Positions 33,905-44,226 are shown, counted from the first letter of the stretch. The stretch is 64,000 nucleotides of DNA from Patescibacteria group bacterium (GCA_041661405.1 JBAZUL010000007.1:10222-74221), one strand, 5' to 3'. The notes: generated from the letters alone by a model not told the origin. Made by a program: numbers and translations.

Positions 33905-34001
33905 GATTGGATAAAATCCGGGTATACATACTGGACTTTTTCTTCCGACATGTTATGCTAAGGCCGGAGGCGTGATTCGCGCCTTTTATTTTTTATTATC
34001 T

Positions 34002-35453
34002 ATGGCCGAAGAAGTAATTTTGCGTTTTGACGAAGTAAATTTTGAATACCAGGAAAGAAAGCCGGTTTTAGACGGGGCCAGTTTTAGCGCGCGCCGGAAC
34101 GCGAAAATCACGTTAATGGGCCAAAACGGCGCGGGTAAAAGTTCAATTTTCGCCTTAATTACTGGCGAGCTAAAACCGAAATCCGGCCGGGTCTCCATTA
34201 CGAACGGCGCGACCATCGCGACAGCCAGGCAGGTTATGGCTCGGGAAGATTTGGATCTAACCGTAGAAAAATATTTTGCCAAAGCTTTTGAAATAGTGCC
34301 GCCGAACCTCGCGAGCCGGATCGCCAAAGTCCTCGGGACAGTAAACCTTGACGCGCCGGCTGACCGGCGGGTAGGCGATCTTTCCGGCGGCCAGCAGGCA
34401 AGGCTTTTACTGGCTTTCGCCCTGATCCAAAATCCGGACATCCTATTACTGGACGAGCCGACCAACAACCTGGATCAGGCCGGCATTGACCATCTGGTTG
34501 AATTTCTGATCATGTACGACAAAACCGCGATTGTAATCTCGCATGACGCCGATTTTTTAAATTGTTTTACTGAAGGGGTTATTTATCTTGATGTCTTTAC
34601 CCATAAAACCGAAACTTACGTCGGCGATTATTATTCGGTGGTGGAAGAGATTAGCAAAAGGGTGGAGCGCGAGCAGAGAAGGAACGCCCAGCTCAAAAAG
34701 CAGATTGTTGACCGCAAAGAAAAAGTGAACTTTTTCGCCAACAAAGGCGGCAAGATGCGCAAACTGGCGAAGAAATTAAAAGACGAAACCGCCGAACTGG
34801 AAGAAGATATGGTTGACGTTCGGCAGGAAGACAAAACCATCCGGCCATTCACTATTCCGGCGCAGGATATTATCGGCGAGATCGTGAAAGTGAGCGCCGT
34901 AAAAGTCATCCATAACCACGAGCCGGTCGTAAAAAAGATTGATAAGGTTCTCCGCAAAAAAACGCATTTGCTCGTTATTGGCCCTAACGGCGTTGGGAAA
35001 AGCACATTCCTCCGTTCGCTCGTTTCCGGCAAAGACAAAGAAGCCGTGATTTTGGATAATGTTACAGTCGGCTATTATAGCCAGGATTTTTCCAACCTGG
35101 ATTTTAGCGCGACGGTTTTTGATTCGCTCCAAAGCGTTTTGGCCGACGGCCTGGACGCGCAAACCATGCGCTCAGTCGCGGCCGGTTTTTTAATCGGCGG
35201 AGAACTGATGGGCCGCAAAGTCGGCGAATTATCCGAAGGGCAGAAAGGCCTCTTAGCTTTCGCGCGCCTTACGCTCATGCGGCCGGGTGTCCTTATTTTA
35301 GACGAGCCGACTAATCATATTAATTTCCGCCACTTGCCGATAATCGCCAAGGCGATTAACGAATACGAAGGCGCCATGATCATGGTCAGCCACATGAGCG
35401 ATTTTGTCAAAGAAATAAAGTTTGACGAGGTTTTGGATTTGGGGAAGTTGTAA
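34002..35453 (+). CDS. ABC-F family ATPase (two ABC domains, no TM domain)
   Basis: Walker A GQNGAGKSS and GPNGVGKST. Signatures LSGGQQARL and LSEGQKGLL. A charged inter-domain linker. ATG 34002; the track begins at GTG 33972. Confidence 0.85.
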   Translation: MAEEVILRFDEVNFEYQERKPVLDGASFSARRNAKITLMGQNGAGKSSIFALITGELKPKSGRVSITNGATIATARQVMAREDLDLTVEKYFAKAFEIVPPNLASRIAKVLGTVNLDAPADRRVGDLSGGQQARLLLAFALIQNPDILLLDEPTNNLDQAGIDHLVEFLIMYDKTAIVISHDADFLNCFTEGVIYLDVFTHKTETYVGDYYSVVEEISKRVEREQRRNAQLKKQIVDRKEKVNFFANKGGKMRKLAKKLKDETAELEEDMVDVRQEDKTIRPFTIPAQDIIGEIVKVSAVKVIHNHEPVVKKIDKVLRKKTHLLVIGPNGVGKSTFLRSLVSGKDKEAVILDNVTVGYYSQDFSNLDFSATVFDSLQSVLADGLDAQTMRSVAAGFLIGGELMGRKVGELSEGQKGLLAFARLTLMRPGVLILDEPTNHINFRHLPIIAKAINEYEGAMIMVSHMSDFVKEIKFDEVLDLGKL

Positions 35454-35526
35454 GCCATTAGCTCAATAATAATATAATTGAATAAATAGCCTCTCTGGCC
35501 TATACTTGGGTTAGGGAGTTTTTTTG

Positions 35527-36078
35527 ATGAAAAACCGTATGAAAAACGCGATAATACTGCATGGTACCGGGGATTCGCCGGAATTATACTGGTTCCCCTG
35601 GCTAAAAAAAGAATTGGAAGCGAGAGGGTACGAAGTGTGGGTGCCGGCGCTTCCCAACGCCGAATGCCCAAACTTAAAAGACTGGCTGCCTTTTATTTTG
35701 GAAAACGGAAAATTTTCTGATGAGACATTAATCGTCGGCCACTCGGCCGGAGCGCAAATTATCCTGAGCGTGCTGGAAAAACTGGAAGTTAAAATTAAAA
35801 AAGCCATTCTCGTTTCCGGTTATGCCAAAGCTTTAAGAAAAGATCCGGAGCATCAAAAAGATTCCGGAGAATATGGCTGGGACAAAATTAAAGGCAAGGC
35901 TGGAGAGTTTATTTTTATCAATTCCGATAACGACCCTTGGACCTGCGATGACAAGCAGGGAAAAATTATGCGGGAACACTTGGGCGGCCAGTTGATTGTC
36001 CGGCATGACGGCCACATGGGGTCAACCACCTATAACCAGCCATATAAGGAATTTCCATTGCTTTTGGAGCTGATTTAA
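35527..36078 (+). CDS. YdeN/RBBP9-type alpha/beta serine hydrolase
   Basis: ILHGTGDSPELYWFPWL, the nucleophile elbow GHSAGA, and C-terminal DGHM. Confidence 0.65.
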   Translation: MKNRMKNAIILHGTGDSPELYWFPWLKKELEARGYEVWVPALPNAECPNLKDWLPFILENGKFSDETLIVGHSAGAQIILSVLEKLEVKIKKAILVSGYAKALRKDPEHQKDSGEYGWDKIKGKAGEFIFINSDNDPWTCDDKQGKIMREHLGGQLIVRHDGHMGSTTYNQPYKEFPLLLELI

Positions 36079-36869
36079 TTTTCATGATTCATGCCGCAAT
36101 GGCCGCAATCGGAGAAGCTGATTTTCGGTATGGCGTTGAGTAAAAGTTTTTTTACGTTGCCGGCGTTTTGTTCCATGACTTTAAGAATCATATCCCAGGT
36201 AACGGACTCTTCCGCTTCCCGCCAGCAGTCATAATCGGTGGACATGGCGACTGACGCGTAGCAGATTCCAGCTTCGCGGGCGAGGATTACTTCGGGCACG
36301 GTGGACATGTTAATTACGTCGGCGCCGAGCGTTTTAAACATCCGGCTTTCGGCCCGGGTGGAAAAGCGCGGACCTTCAATCGTCAGCATTGTCCCCTGAG
36401 CGTGGTAATCCAGATTTAATTCCGCGGCAGATCCTATGAGCGCTTTTCTTAAACCGGGGCAGAAAGGATCAGCCATGGGCGTATGGATTACTTTATCATC
36501 ATGGAAAGTAAGGTTGCGGTGTTTTGTAAAATCAATAAACTGGTCTAAAAATATCAGGTGGCCTGGTTTTATTTCTTCGCGCATGGATCCGCAGGCGGTG
36601 GTGGCGATAATATGGGTGCAACCGGCATCTTTTAACGCCAGGATATTGGCGCGGAAAGGCACTTTAGTCGGGGGTATGGCATGGTCTTTGCCGTGCCGGG
36701 CGAGAACTACGACTGAAACGCCGCCTATTTCGCCGGTGATAAGCGGGCTGGCCGGCGGGCCATAAGGCGTTTTTGGATTGGATTCAACCGGATTTTTAAG
36801 GATTTGCGGATCATCAATTCCGCTTCCTCCGATGATGGCGATTTTTAGGTTTGGCATAACACGTAACAT
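36075..36869 (-). CDS. mtnP: S-methyl-5'-thioadenosine phosphorylase (PNP family 2)
   Basis: IAIIGGSG, TTACGSMREEIKPG and NMSTVPEVILAREAGICYASVAMSTDYDCW. Convergent 4-nt overlap with the previous gene. Confidence 0.8.
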   Translation of the reverse strand: MLRVMPNLKIAIIGGSGIDDPQILKNPVESNPKTPYGPPASPLITGEIGGVSVVVLARHGKDHAIPPTKVPFRANILALKDAGCTHIIATTACGSMREEIKPGHLIFLDQFIDFTKHRNLTFHDDKVIHTPMADPFCPGLRKALIGSAAELNLDYHAQGTMLTIEGPRFSTRAESRMFKTLGADVINMSTVPEVILAREAGICYASVAMSTDYDCWREAEESVTWDMILKVMEQNAGNVKKLLLNAIPKISFSDCGHCGMNHEN

Positions 36870-36903
36870 GGAACAAAATTGTTATGCGTTCCATGTAAAA
36901 AAT

Positions 36904-37431
36904 TTACTCTGAATCGTAATTAATTAACGACCGGACAATATAGCCCCGGTCTTTTAGTTTTTTTGAGCCCTCTAAAAAAGGCAGGTCAATTAAAAAACTG
37001 ACGCCGACTATTTTTCCCCCGAGCTCCTCTATTAAATCGCAAGCCGCCAAAGCCGTTCCGCCGGTAGCGCAGAGGTCGTCAATAAGGACGACTTTTTCCC
37101 CGGATCGGACAGCGTCTTCGTGCATTTCAATCGTGTTGCTCGCGTATTCCAGCGTGTATTCGCGGCTTATGGTTTTGGCCGGTAGTTTGCCTTTTTTTCG
37201 GACAATGGCCAGGCCGGTTTTGAGGCTGTAAGCAATAGGCGCGGCCAGCAAAAACCCTCTCGCGTCAATGCCGAGAATTTTATCAATTCCCTGGCCTTCA
37301 AATGGCTTCGCGAGAGAATCAATTGCTTCGCGAAAAGCGGCCTGGTCTAAGAGCAGGGTTGTAATGTCTTTGAAGTTTATACCGTCTTTAGGCCAGTCGG
37401 GAATTTCCCGAATTTTTAATTTTAAATTCAT
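36904..37431 (-). CDS. apt: adenine phosphoribosyltransferase
   Basis: KDITTLL..., the PRPP motif VVLIDDLCATGGTA. 175 aa. Confidence 0.9.
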   Translation of the reverse strand: MNLKLKIREIPDWPKDGINFKDITTLLLDQAAFREAIDSLAKPFEGQGIDKILGIDARGFLLAAPIAYSLKTGLAIVRKKGKLPAKTISREYTLEYASNTIEMHEDAVRSGEKVVLIDDLCATGGTALAACDLIEELGGKIVGVSFLIDLPFLEGSKKLKDRGYIVRSLINYDSE

Positions 37432-37489
37432 AATTTTTATGTTATAGTGGACAATGTTGTCATTATATTAATAAAACCAATTAAATACA

Positions 37490-38863
37490 ATGGAATCCAA
37501 TAAAGATCTTTTAACCAAGCCGATTCCCGGCTTAATCCGCCATATCGCCGTGCCGGGAAGCATCGGCTTTATTTTCAACACCCTCTATAATATCGTAGAC
37601 ACATTTTTCGGCGGCCGGATTTCAACCGACGCTCTGGCGGCCATGTCTTTGTCGTTTCCGGTTTTTTTTATTATCATTGCCATGGGATCAGGAATAGCGA
37701 CCGGGGCGACCGCCCTGATGGCGAACGCTTTAGGCGCCGGAGACGCGAAAAAAGCGCGAATTTATTCGGCTCAGGCCGTGAGTTTTACTCTCATCCTGTC
37801 GTTAATTTTAACCTGGATCGGACTCGCCTTCTCGCCTTATCTTTTTCGCCTGCTTGGCGCGGAAGGCGAATATCTTAATCTCGCCCTTGCCTATATTAAC
37901 GTAATTTTTTATGGCGCGGTTTTTTTTCTCCTGAGTTTTACCCTGAATTCGGTTCTGGTCGCCCAAGGAAACACGAAGACTTATCGCAACCTTTTAATCG
38001 TCGGTTTTTTTCTTAATATCATCCTTGACCCCTGGTTTATTTATGGCGGCTTCGGAGTCCCGGCCATGGGCATTGCCGGAGTGGCCTGGGCTACGGTTTT
38101 AGTCCAGGTAATCAGCTCGGGATATTTGTTCATAAAAATTATCCGGGCGCATTTAATTCATGACGGTTTTCGCGAGTCCCTCCGACCCCGGTTTTCTTTT
38201 TATTACGAACTGGCCAAACAGGGTTTTCCGGCCAGCCTGAACATGATGACCGTGGCGATCGGCGTTTTTGTAATTACTTTTTACATTAGCCGTTTTGGCC
38301 GGGAAGCGGTCGCGGCTTACGGCATCGCGACCCGTTTTGACCAGCTGGCGCTCCTGCCGATCATGGGAATTAACATGGCTTCCTTGGCGTTAGTCGGCCA
38401 GAATAACGGAGCCCGGCTTTTCGCGCGGGTAAGGGAGGTCATCAGGCTTTCCTTAAAATATGGCATCACTCTCGCGATTATGAGCGCTCTGGCGGTATTT
38501 TTATTTTCCCGGCTGTTAATCAACATCTTTTCTTCCGACCCGGCGGTTATCGCGATTGGAGAAGGGTATTTAAAAATTTCGGTTTTTGTTTACGCGGCCT
38601 ATACCGTATTATTTATCACCGTATCAATCCTTCAGGGGTTGAAAAAACCTTTTTACGCCGTCATCATCGGATCCTACCGGCAGATCGCGGCGCCGCTTAT
38701 TGTATTCTGGTTTTTAGCCTCTTTCCTCGGTTTCGGCCTTTTTGGGATTTGGTGGGGGATTTTTATTATTAACTGGTCGGCCGCTCTGTTCACGCTTTTT
38801 TATTTAAAGAAGAGAACCGAACAGCTGGGAATTATCGTCCGCGAGGAGCCAGAGCGTTCTTAA
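37490..38863 (+). CDS. MATE-family efflux transporter
   Basis: 457 aa with 12 TM helices. The N-terminal IPGLIRHIAVPGSIGFIFNTLYNIVDTFFGGRIS is the typical MatE repeat. Confidence 0.8.
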   Translation: MESNKDLLTKPIPGLIRHIAVPGSIGFIFNTLYNIVDTFFGGRISTDALAAMSLSFPVFFIIIAMGSGIATGATALMANALGAGDAKKARIYSAQAVSFTLILSLILTWIGLAFSPYLFRLLGAEGEYLNLALAYINVIFYGAVFFLLSFTLNSVLVAQGNTKTYRNLLIVGFFLNIILDPWFIYGGFGVPAMGIAGVAWATVLVQVISSGYLFIKIIRAHLIHDGFRESLRPRFSFYYELAKQGFPASLNMMTVAIGVFVITFYISRFGREAVAAYGIATRFDQLALLPIMGINMASLALVGQNNGARLFARVREVIRLSLKYGITLAIMSALAVFLFSRLLINIFSSDPAVIAIGEGYLKISVFVYAAYTVLFITVSILQGLKKPFYAVIIGSYRQIAAPLIVFWFLASFLGFGLFGIWWGIFIINWSAALFTLFYLKKRTEQLGIIVREEPERS

Positions 38864-38930
38864 TGCGTTATTAATTTGCCAGCTCTATAATTATACAGAG
38901 CTGATTTAATTGGACTTTATTATAAATAAC

Positions 38931-39617
38931 ATGAAACTAAAAAAATATAATCGCAAATCAGTTTATTTGTCCATGTTGGGCGCGGCAGTTTTAGTAATTT
39001 TAAGCGGTTGTTCTCTTTGGCCCGGGAATAGCCAGAAAAGCGGAAATCAAACCCGAAATAATAACCAGCCGGCGCAAAACAACGAAACTAATACGAACAC
39101 GAACGTGAACAAGAGCGGCAATACCGATAATCAGCCAGCAGGGAATACCGGCGAAGAAACCGTAAAAGAATCCGGCGCGACCATAGACCTTTCCGGAAAA
39201 GGGCTTACCGAGTTTCCGAGGGAAATTCTTTCGCAAAGGGGCGTAAAAAAATTAATCCTTTCCAATAACCGGATAAAAAGCCTACCAGCGGAAATCGGCG
39301 AGTTGGCTGATCTTGAAGAGCTGTACCTTGATGCTAACAAGCTTACTGGCGCGCTTCCGGCGGAGATAAGGAAAATGCCAAAGCTCAGAATTCTTGACGC
39401 CCATGACAATGGGTTAACCGGCATCCCGGCCGAAATCGGCCAGCTGAAAAATCTGCGGATTGTTAATTTCAGCGGCAATAAAATTGATACCATGCCGAAT
39501 GAGATTGGAAATATTAAAGGAAATCTGGAGGTTCTAAACATCTCTGGCAACGGATATTCTTCCGATGCTATACGAAGGATTGAGGACATGCTGCCCAATA
39601 CGCAGGTAATATTTTAA
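38931..39617 (+). CDS. leucine-rich-repeat lipoprotein
   Basis: Lipobox VILSGC, an Asn/Thr/Gln-rich linker, then about 6 LRRs (LILSNNRIKSLPAEIGELADLEELYLDANKLTG...). ATG 38931. Confidence 0.7.
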   Translation: MKLKKYNRKSVYLSMLGAAVLVILSGCSLWPGNSQKSGNQTRNNNQPAQNNETNTNTNVNKSGNTDNQPAGNTGEETVKESGATIDLSGKGLTEFPREILSQRGVKKLILSNNRIKSLPAEIGELADLEELYLDANKLTGALPAEIRKMPKLRILDAHDNGLTGIPAEIGQLKNLRIVNFSGNKIDTMPNEIGNIKGNLEVLNISGNGYSSDAIRRIEDMLPNTQVIF

Positions 39618-39702
39618 TTAAATCCGCAATTTACAATCTGCAATTTCTCAATTAAAAATTATTGAAGATTTAAAATTGTAAGATTGAAGATTGAATAACT
39701 CT

Positions 39703-40317
39703 ATGCCTAAAAATTTTTATTCTCTTCCGGAATTGCCTTACGGCTACGCTGACCTGGCTCCGGCCATGTCCGAGGAGCTCTTAACAATTCATCACGCCAA
39801 GCATCACGCCGCCTACGTTGCCGGCGCTAACGCCATCTTGGAAAAAATGGACAAGGCTCATGACGGCGGCGGAGAGCTTGATGTCAAGGCTGAATTAAAA
39901 GCCTTGTCATTTAATATCGGCGGCCATGTTCTTCATTCGTTATTTTGGGAAAACCTGGCGCCTGCCGGAAAAGGCGGAGGCGGCGAACCAGACGGGGAGC
40001 TTGGCGAAAAAATAAAGGAATCGTTCGGCAATTTTGAGCGTCTGAAAGCCGGGTTTACTAAGATCGCCATGACGGTTGAAGGATCGGGCTGGGCGGCTTT
40101 GACTTATTGCATGAAAACCGGACGGCTTATTCCCATGCAGATTGAAAAGCACAACACCAACCTTTATCCGAATTTTAAAATTATAATGGTTATAGACGCT
40201 TTTGAGCACGCTTATTATCTTGATTATAAGAATGAAAAGGCAAAGTTTTTTGAAGCGATTTGGAATATTATCAACTGGAAAAAAGTTGATGAGCGGTATA
40301 GGCAAGTTGCAATGTAA
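39703..40317 (+). CDS. sodA: Fe/Mn superoxide dismutase
   Basis: [32 protein letters not shown] and [13 protein letters not shown]. Metal specificity is not determinable by eye. Confidence 0.85.
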   Translation: MPKNFYSLPELPYGYADLAPAMSEELLTIHHAKHHAAYVAGANAILEKMDKAHDGGGELDVKAELKALSFNIGGHVLHSLFWENLAPAGKGGGGEPDGELGEKIKESFGNFERLKAGFTKIAMTVEGSGWAALTYCMKTGRLIPMQIEKHNTNLYPNFKIIMVIDAFEHAYYLDYKNEKAKFFEAIWNIINWKKVDERYRQVAM

Positions 40318-40351
40318 ATATTCGGTTTAAAACGAATTGTTCTTTTGAAAA

Positions 40352-40380
40352 AAATACCTCCCGCCTATAGGGAGGTATTT
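40352..40380 (+). terminator. intrinsic terminator after sod
   Basis: AAATACCTCCC-GCCTATA-GGGAGGTATTT (11-bp perfect stem). Confidence 0.6.
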
Positions 40381-40385
40381 TGCGT

Positions 40386-40414
40386 TTGACAGCCGGGAAT
40401 GATTTTGTTATTAT
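40386..40414 (+). promoter_or_regulatory. sigma70-type promoter upstream of nusA
   Basis: TTGACA (40386-40391), N17, TATTAT (40409-40414), about 58 nt upstream of ATG 40472. Confidence 0.55.
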
Positions 40415-40471
40415 AGTAATAAGCTAGTTTAAATTCTTTAAACTAGCCTTTTTTATTTTAATACCAACACT

Positions 40472-41962
40472 ATGTCAGAAATTTCAAACGCCATCAAACA
40501 GATTTGCTCGGAAAAAGGTTTAAGTTATGACGCGGTTTTAGCGACTATTGAAGCCGCTCTGGCCGCCGCTTACCGGAAGGACTTTGGCAACCGACTGCAG
40601 AACATCAAAGTTGAGTTTGACCCGGAAACCGCCCATATTAAAGCTTTTGACGTAAAGACCGTTGTTCCTGATTTGCCTGAAGAAGAGCTTAAAGCGCTGG
40701 AAGAAGAAAGGGAAAGGGAAAAGCTTGATCCCAAAGCAAGGGCTCTACGGGCGGAGAAAGAGAAGAAAGCGAGAAAGGAAGCAAAAGTTGAAAAGGCAGA
40801 GGCCAAGGTTGAGGAAGAAACCGTCCCAGCCGGAGTTGAAGGCGAGCCCTCCTTTGCCAAGGCTTCGGAGGGTGAAGAAGATGTAAAAAGGTTTAATCCG
40901 AAAACCGAAATTCAGCTGAGCGACGCGGCGATGTTAAAAAAAGACGCCAGCCTGGACGAAGAAATTCGGATGGAGCTTCCGGTGCCGGGGGAATTCGGCC
41001 GGATGGCCGCCCAGACTGCCAAGCAGGTAATTATCCAAAAACTCCGCGAAGCCGAGCGGGATATGGTTTTTGAGGAATTTAAAGATAAGGAAAAAGAAGT
41101 GGTATCAGGCGTAGTCCAGCGCCGGGAAGGCCGGATCGTCCTCATTGATCTTGGTAAAGCCGTCGGCATATTGCCGCCGGAAGAGCAGATCCACGGGGAA
41201 AACTATCGGCCCGGAGCGAGGCTGAAAGTTTATGTTCGGGAAGTCCGGATGGGTCACCGCGGGCCGGAAATTGTCCTTTCCCGGACTTCGGAAGAAATTT
41301 TAAGGAAAATTTTTTATCTGGAAATCCCGGAAATCGCCAATGGCCTGATTGAAATAAAGGCCGTAGCCCGGGAAGCCGGCGCTCGGTCAAAAGTGGCGGT
41401 GGCGACCGAAGCCGAAAACGTTGATCCTATCGGTTCCTGCGTGGGCCAGCGCGGCTCAAGGATCCAGACCATAATAGCGGAACTGGGCGGGGAAAAAGTT
41501 GATATTATTGAATTTGACGCTGAGCAGGAAAAATTCATCGCCAACGCCTTGTCGCCCGCAAAAATTATCAGCATCAAACTCAATAACGAAGAAAGACGGG
41601 CTTCGGTAACCGTTAACGCCGACCAATTCTCGCTGGCGATCGGAAAAAGCGGCCAGAACGTCCGGCTGGCGGCGCATCTAACCGGCTGGAAAATTGACAT
41701 TGAAGAAAATAAAAAAGAAAAAAAGAAGGAAGAAGGAGCGTCAGAAGATGAAAGTGAAACTGAAGAAAACGGTAAGGCTCTGCCCGGCGCGGAATCGCCC
41801 GAAAGCGAAACCCCGGCTGGCAATGAAAAAGCAGAGGAAAGCGCCGGAGCCGAAGAAACTCCGGAAAACGCCGTCGCCGGAAAAGACGAAAAGAAGGTAA
41901 AGAAAGAAAAAAAAGCTAAAGCTAAAAAATCGGAAAAAAATGAAGAAAAAGCTGAAGAATAA
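40472..41962 (+). CDS. nusA: transcription termination/antitermination factor NusA with K/E-rich insertions
   Basis: NTD (IEAALAAAYRKDFG), S1 (GVVQRREGRIVLIDLGKAVGILPPEEQ) and KH1/KH2 (DPIGSCVGQRGSRIQ, AIGKSGQNVRLAAHLTGWKIDI). There is also a ~90-aa charged insert and a ~90-aa acidic/lysine tail. Confidence 0.9.
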   Translation: MSEISNAIKQICSEKGLSYDAVLATIEAALAAAYRKDFGNRLQNIKVEFDPETAHIKAFDVKTVVPDLPEEELKALEEEREREKLDPKARALRAEKEKKARKEAKVEKAEAKVEEETVPAGVEGEPSFAKASEGEEDVKRFNPKTEIQLSDAAMLKKDASLDEEIRMELPVPGEFGRMAAQTAKQVIIQKLREAERDMVFEEFKDKEKEVVSGVVQRREGRIVLIDLGKAVGILPPEEQIHGENYRPGARLKVYVREVRMGHRGPEIVLSRTSEEILRKIFYLEIPEIANGLIEIKAVAREAGARSKVAVATEAENVDPIGSCVGQRGSRIQTIIAELGGEKVDIIEFDAEQEKFIANALSPAKIISIKLNNEERRASVTVNADQFSLAIGKSGQNVRLAAHLTGWKIDIEENKKEKKKEEGASEDESETEENGKALPGAESPESETPAGNEKAEESAGAEETPENAVAGKDEKKVKKEKKAKAKKSEKNEEKAEE

Positions 41963-41980
41963 TTATTAATAGAATATTTT

Positions 41981-42913
41981 ATGCCGGAGAAAATTTATGT
42001 TATTGGTCATAAGTCGCCGGACTTGGATTCTGTGGCGGCGGCTATCTGCTACGCCTATTATAAGAATAAGACCGAAGAAACTGAAGCGTACCTGCCCCGC
42101 GCGGCCGGCGGGTTAAACCGGGAAACCGAATATGTTCTTGAAAAGTTCGGTTTTAAAGCGCCGGAAATCATGCAATCGGCAGAAGGGGAAAGCATAATCC
42201 TCGTTGACCATAATGAAATGTCTCAGGCGGCCGACGGCATGGACAAAGCGGTTATCAGGGAAGTCTTGGATCACCACAAAATTGATTTTAAGTACTCCGA
42301 GCCAATCAGGTTTGAAACTTATCCCTGGGGCTCAACTTGCACTATCGTCGCCAACAAGATGTTCATGGCCGGGCTGGAGATCCCTAAAAATTTCGCCGCC
42401 CTGATGCTCTCGGCGATATTGGTTGACACGGTTATTACAAAATCCCCGACCACGACCGATATGGATCGCGACATTATAGAAAAGCTCGCCGAACTCTCCG
42501 GCATCGCGGACTGGAAGGGATTCGGCCTGGAGATTTTTAAAGTCCGTTCCAGCGCCAATGAATTAAGCGCTGAAGAGATAATCAAATACGATTTTAAGGA
42601 TTTTAATTTCAAGGCAGGCAAAATAGGCATTGGCCAGGTGGAAACCGTTGACTTAAATGATTTTAGCGGCCGGGAAGATGAGCTAATCGCCAAGCTGAAA
42701 GAGTTGATGGAAAGCGGCGGCTACCATTCGGTAGTATTATTTATCACCGATATCATGAAAGAAGGGTCGCTCTTTTTAGCGGCTACTTCGGATCGGGAAA
42801 AAGTTGAGGCGGCTTTGGGCGGGAAACTTGAAAATGACCGGATATATCTTCCCGGCGTAATTTCCCGGAAAAAGCAAGTAGCGCCGAAGTTCATGGAGGT
42901 TTTTGATAAGTAA
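41981..42913 (+). CDS. ppaC: family II (DHH) manganese-dependent inorganic pyrophosphatase
   Basis: VIGHKSPDLDSVAAAICYAYY, LVDHNE, DHHK and the DHHA2 C-terminal domain. Confidence 0.85.
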   Translation: MPEKIYVIGHKSPDLDSVAAAICYAYYKNKTEETEAYLPRAAGGLNRETEYVLEKFGFKAPEIMQSAEGESIILVDHNEMSQAADGMDKAVIREVLDHHKIDFKYSEPIRFETYPWGSTCTIVANKMFMAGLEIPKNFAALMLSAILVDTVITKSPTTTDMDRDIIEKLAELSGIADWKGFGLEIFKVRSSANELSAEEIIKYDFKDFNFKAGKIGIGQVETVDLNDFSGREDELIAKLKELMESGGYHSVVLFITDIMKEGSLFLAATSDREKVEAALGGKLENDRIYLPGVISRKKQVAPKFMEVFDK

Positions 42914-42924
42914 GAAGTTTTAAT

Positions 42925-44226
42925 ATGAATATAAATAAAAACGACTTAGGAAAATCGCAGATTGAATTAACAGTGGAACTCTCGGTGGAAGAATTCGCGC
43001 CTTATGTTTCCAAGGCGGCGGAAAAGATCGCCCGCGACATAAAAATTGACGGCTTTCGGCCGGGACACGCGCCGATTGAAATGGTAAAAAAGAAAGTCGG
43101 GGAAATTACCATAATGGAAGAAGCCGCCAACTTAGCCATTAACAAAACGATCGGCGAAATTTTTGAAAAGCATCTCGGCGAAGACCAGCCCATCGGCCGG
43201 CCGGACATTAGGATTACGAAACTGGCGCCCGGCAACCCGCTGGAGTATAAAATTATCGCCGCGGTTTTGCCGGAAGTGGAGCTCGGTGAGTATAAGAATT
43301 TCGGTCTGAAAAAAGACGAGATAAAAATAACCGATGAAGACGTTGATAAAGTTATCAGCCAGCTCGTTGAGATGAAAGCGAAAGAAGTCATTGTTGATCG
43401 CGGAGCAAAAGATGGCGATAAAGTAATCGCTGATATTGAAATGTTTCTGGACAAAGTTCCGGTTGAAGGCGGAAAAGGCAAAAACGCTTTCGTGGTTATT
43501 GGTAAACAAAACATTATCCCCGGTTTGGATAAAAAATTACTGGGCGCGAAAAAAGGCGAAACCAAAGAATTTGAGCTACCCTACCCAGATGATTTTCATC
43601 AAAAAAATCTGGCCGGTAAATTAGTTGAATTTCGGGTTAAGGTGATTGACGTTTATGAGCGGCAGCTGCCGGAAGCGGATAATGAATTAGCCAAAAGTTT
43701 CGGCGCCAAGACTCCGGAAGAGATGAAAGAGAATATAAGAAAGAGCTTAAGGGAGGAAAAATCCGGCCAGGCCGGAGCTAAGCTGGACGGCGAAATCATG
43801 GAGCGGATAGTGAAGAACTCTAAATACGGCGACATTCCCGAGGCGCTCATAAACGAAGAAGCCCATAACCTCGCGCACGAAATTGAACACCAGCTTGAAG
43901 ACCAGGGCGGAAAGTTTGAGGATTATCTCGCGAGCCTGAAAAAAACCAAAGGAGAATTCATGCTGGAACTTTCTCCCGAAGCGGTTCGCCGGATTAAAAT
44001 CGGCCTGGCTTTAAGGGAAATCATAAAAAAAGAAAAAATTGAGGTGAGTCCGGCTGAAGTGGATAAACGCCAGGAAGAGCTCTTAAAACAGTATAAAGGC
44101 TACGCTAAAGTTGAGGAAAAAATCAGCGGCGCGGATTATAAAGCGCAGATCCATTCCATGATTCTTAATAAAAAAATAAACGAAAAACTCCGGGAATGGA
44201 ATTCAGAGGGCAAAGTAACAAAATAA
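42925..44226 (+). CDS. tig: trigger factor
   Basis: N-terminal ribosome-binding GFRPGHAP motif, a central FKBP-type PPIase and a helical C-terminal domain. 433 aa. Confidence 0.9.
   Translation: MNINKNDLGKSQIELTVELSVEEFAPYVSKAAEKIARDIKIDGFRPGHAPIEMVKKKVGEITIMEEAANLAINKTIGEIFEKHLGEDQPIGRPDIRITKLAPGNPLEYKIIAAVLPEVELGEYKNFGLKKDEIKITDEDVDKVISQLVEMKAKEVIVDRGAKDGDKVIADIEMFLDKVPVEGGKGKNAFVVIGKQNIIPGLDKKLLGAKKGETKEFELPYPDDFHQKNLAGKLVEFRVKVIDVYERQLPEADNELAKSFGAKTPEEMKENIRKSLREEKSGQAGAKLDGEIMERIVKNSKYGDIPEALINEEAHNLAHEIEHQLEDQGGKFEDYLASLKKTKGEFMLELSPEAVRRIKIGLALREIIKKEKIEVSPAEVDKRQEELLKQYKGYAKVEEKISGADYKAQIHSMILNKKINEKLREWNSEGKVTK

Noticed and set aside
40570-41900. K/R/S-rich ORFs inside and opposite nusA (40662..40886, 41694..41900, 40570..40860, 41314..41823)
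   Set aside because: These are alternate frames of the GAA/AAG-rich insert and tail of nusA. The nusA frame carries all the conserved domains.
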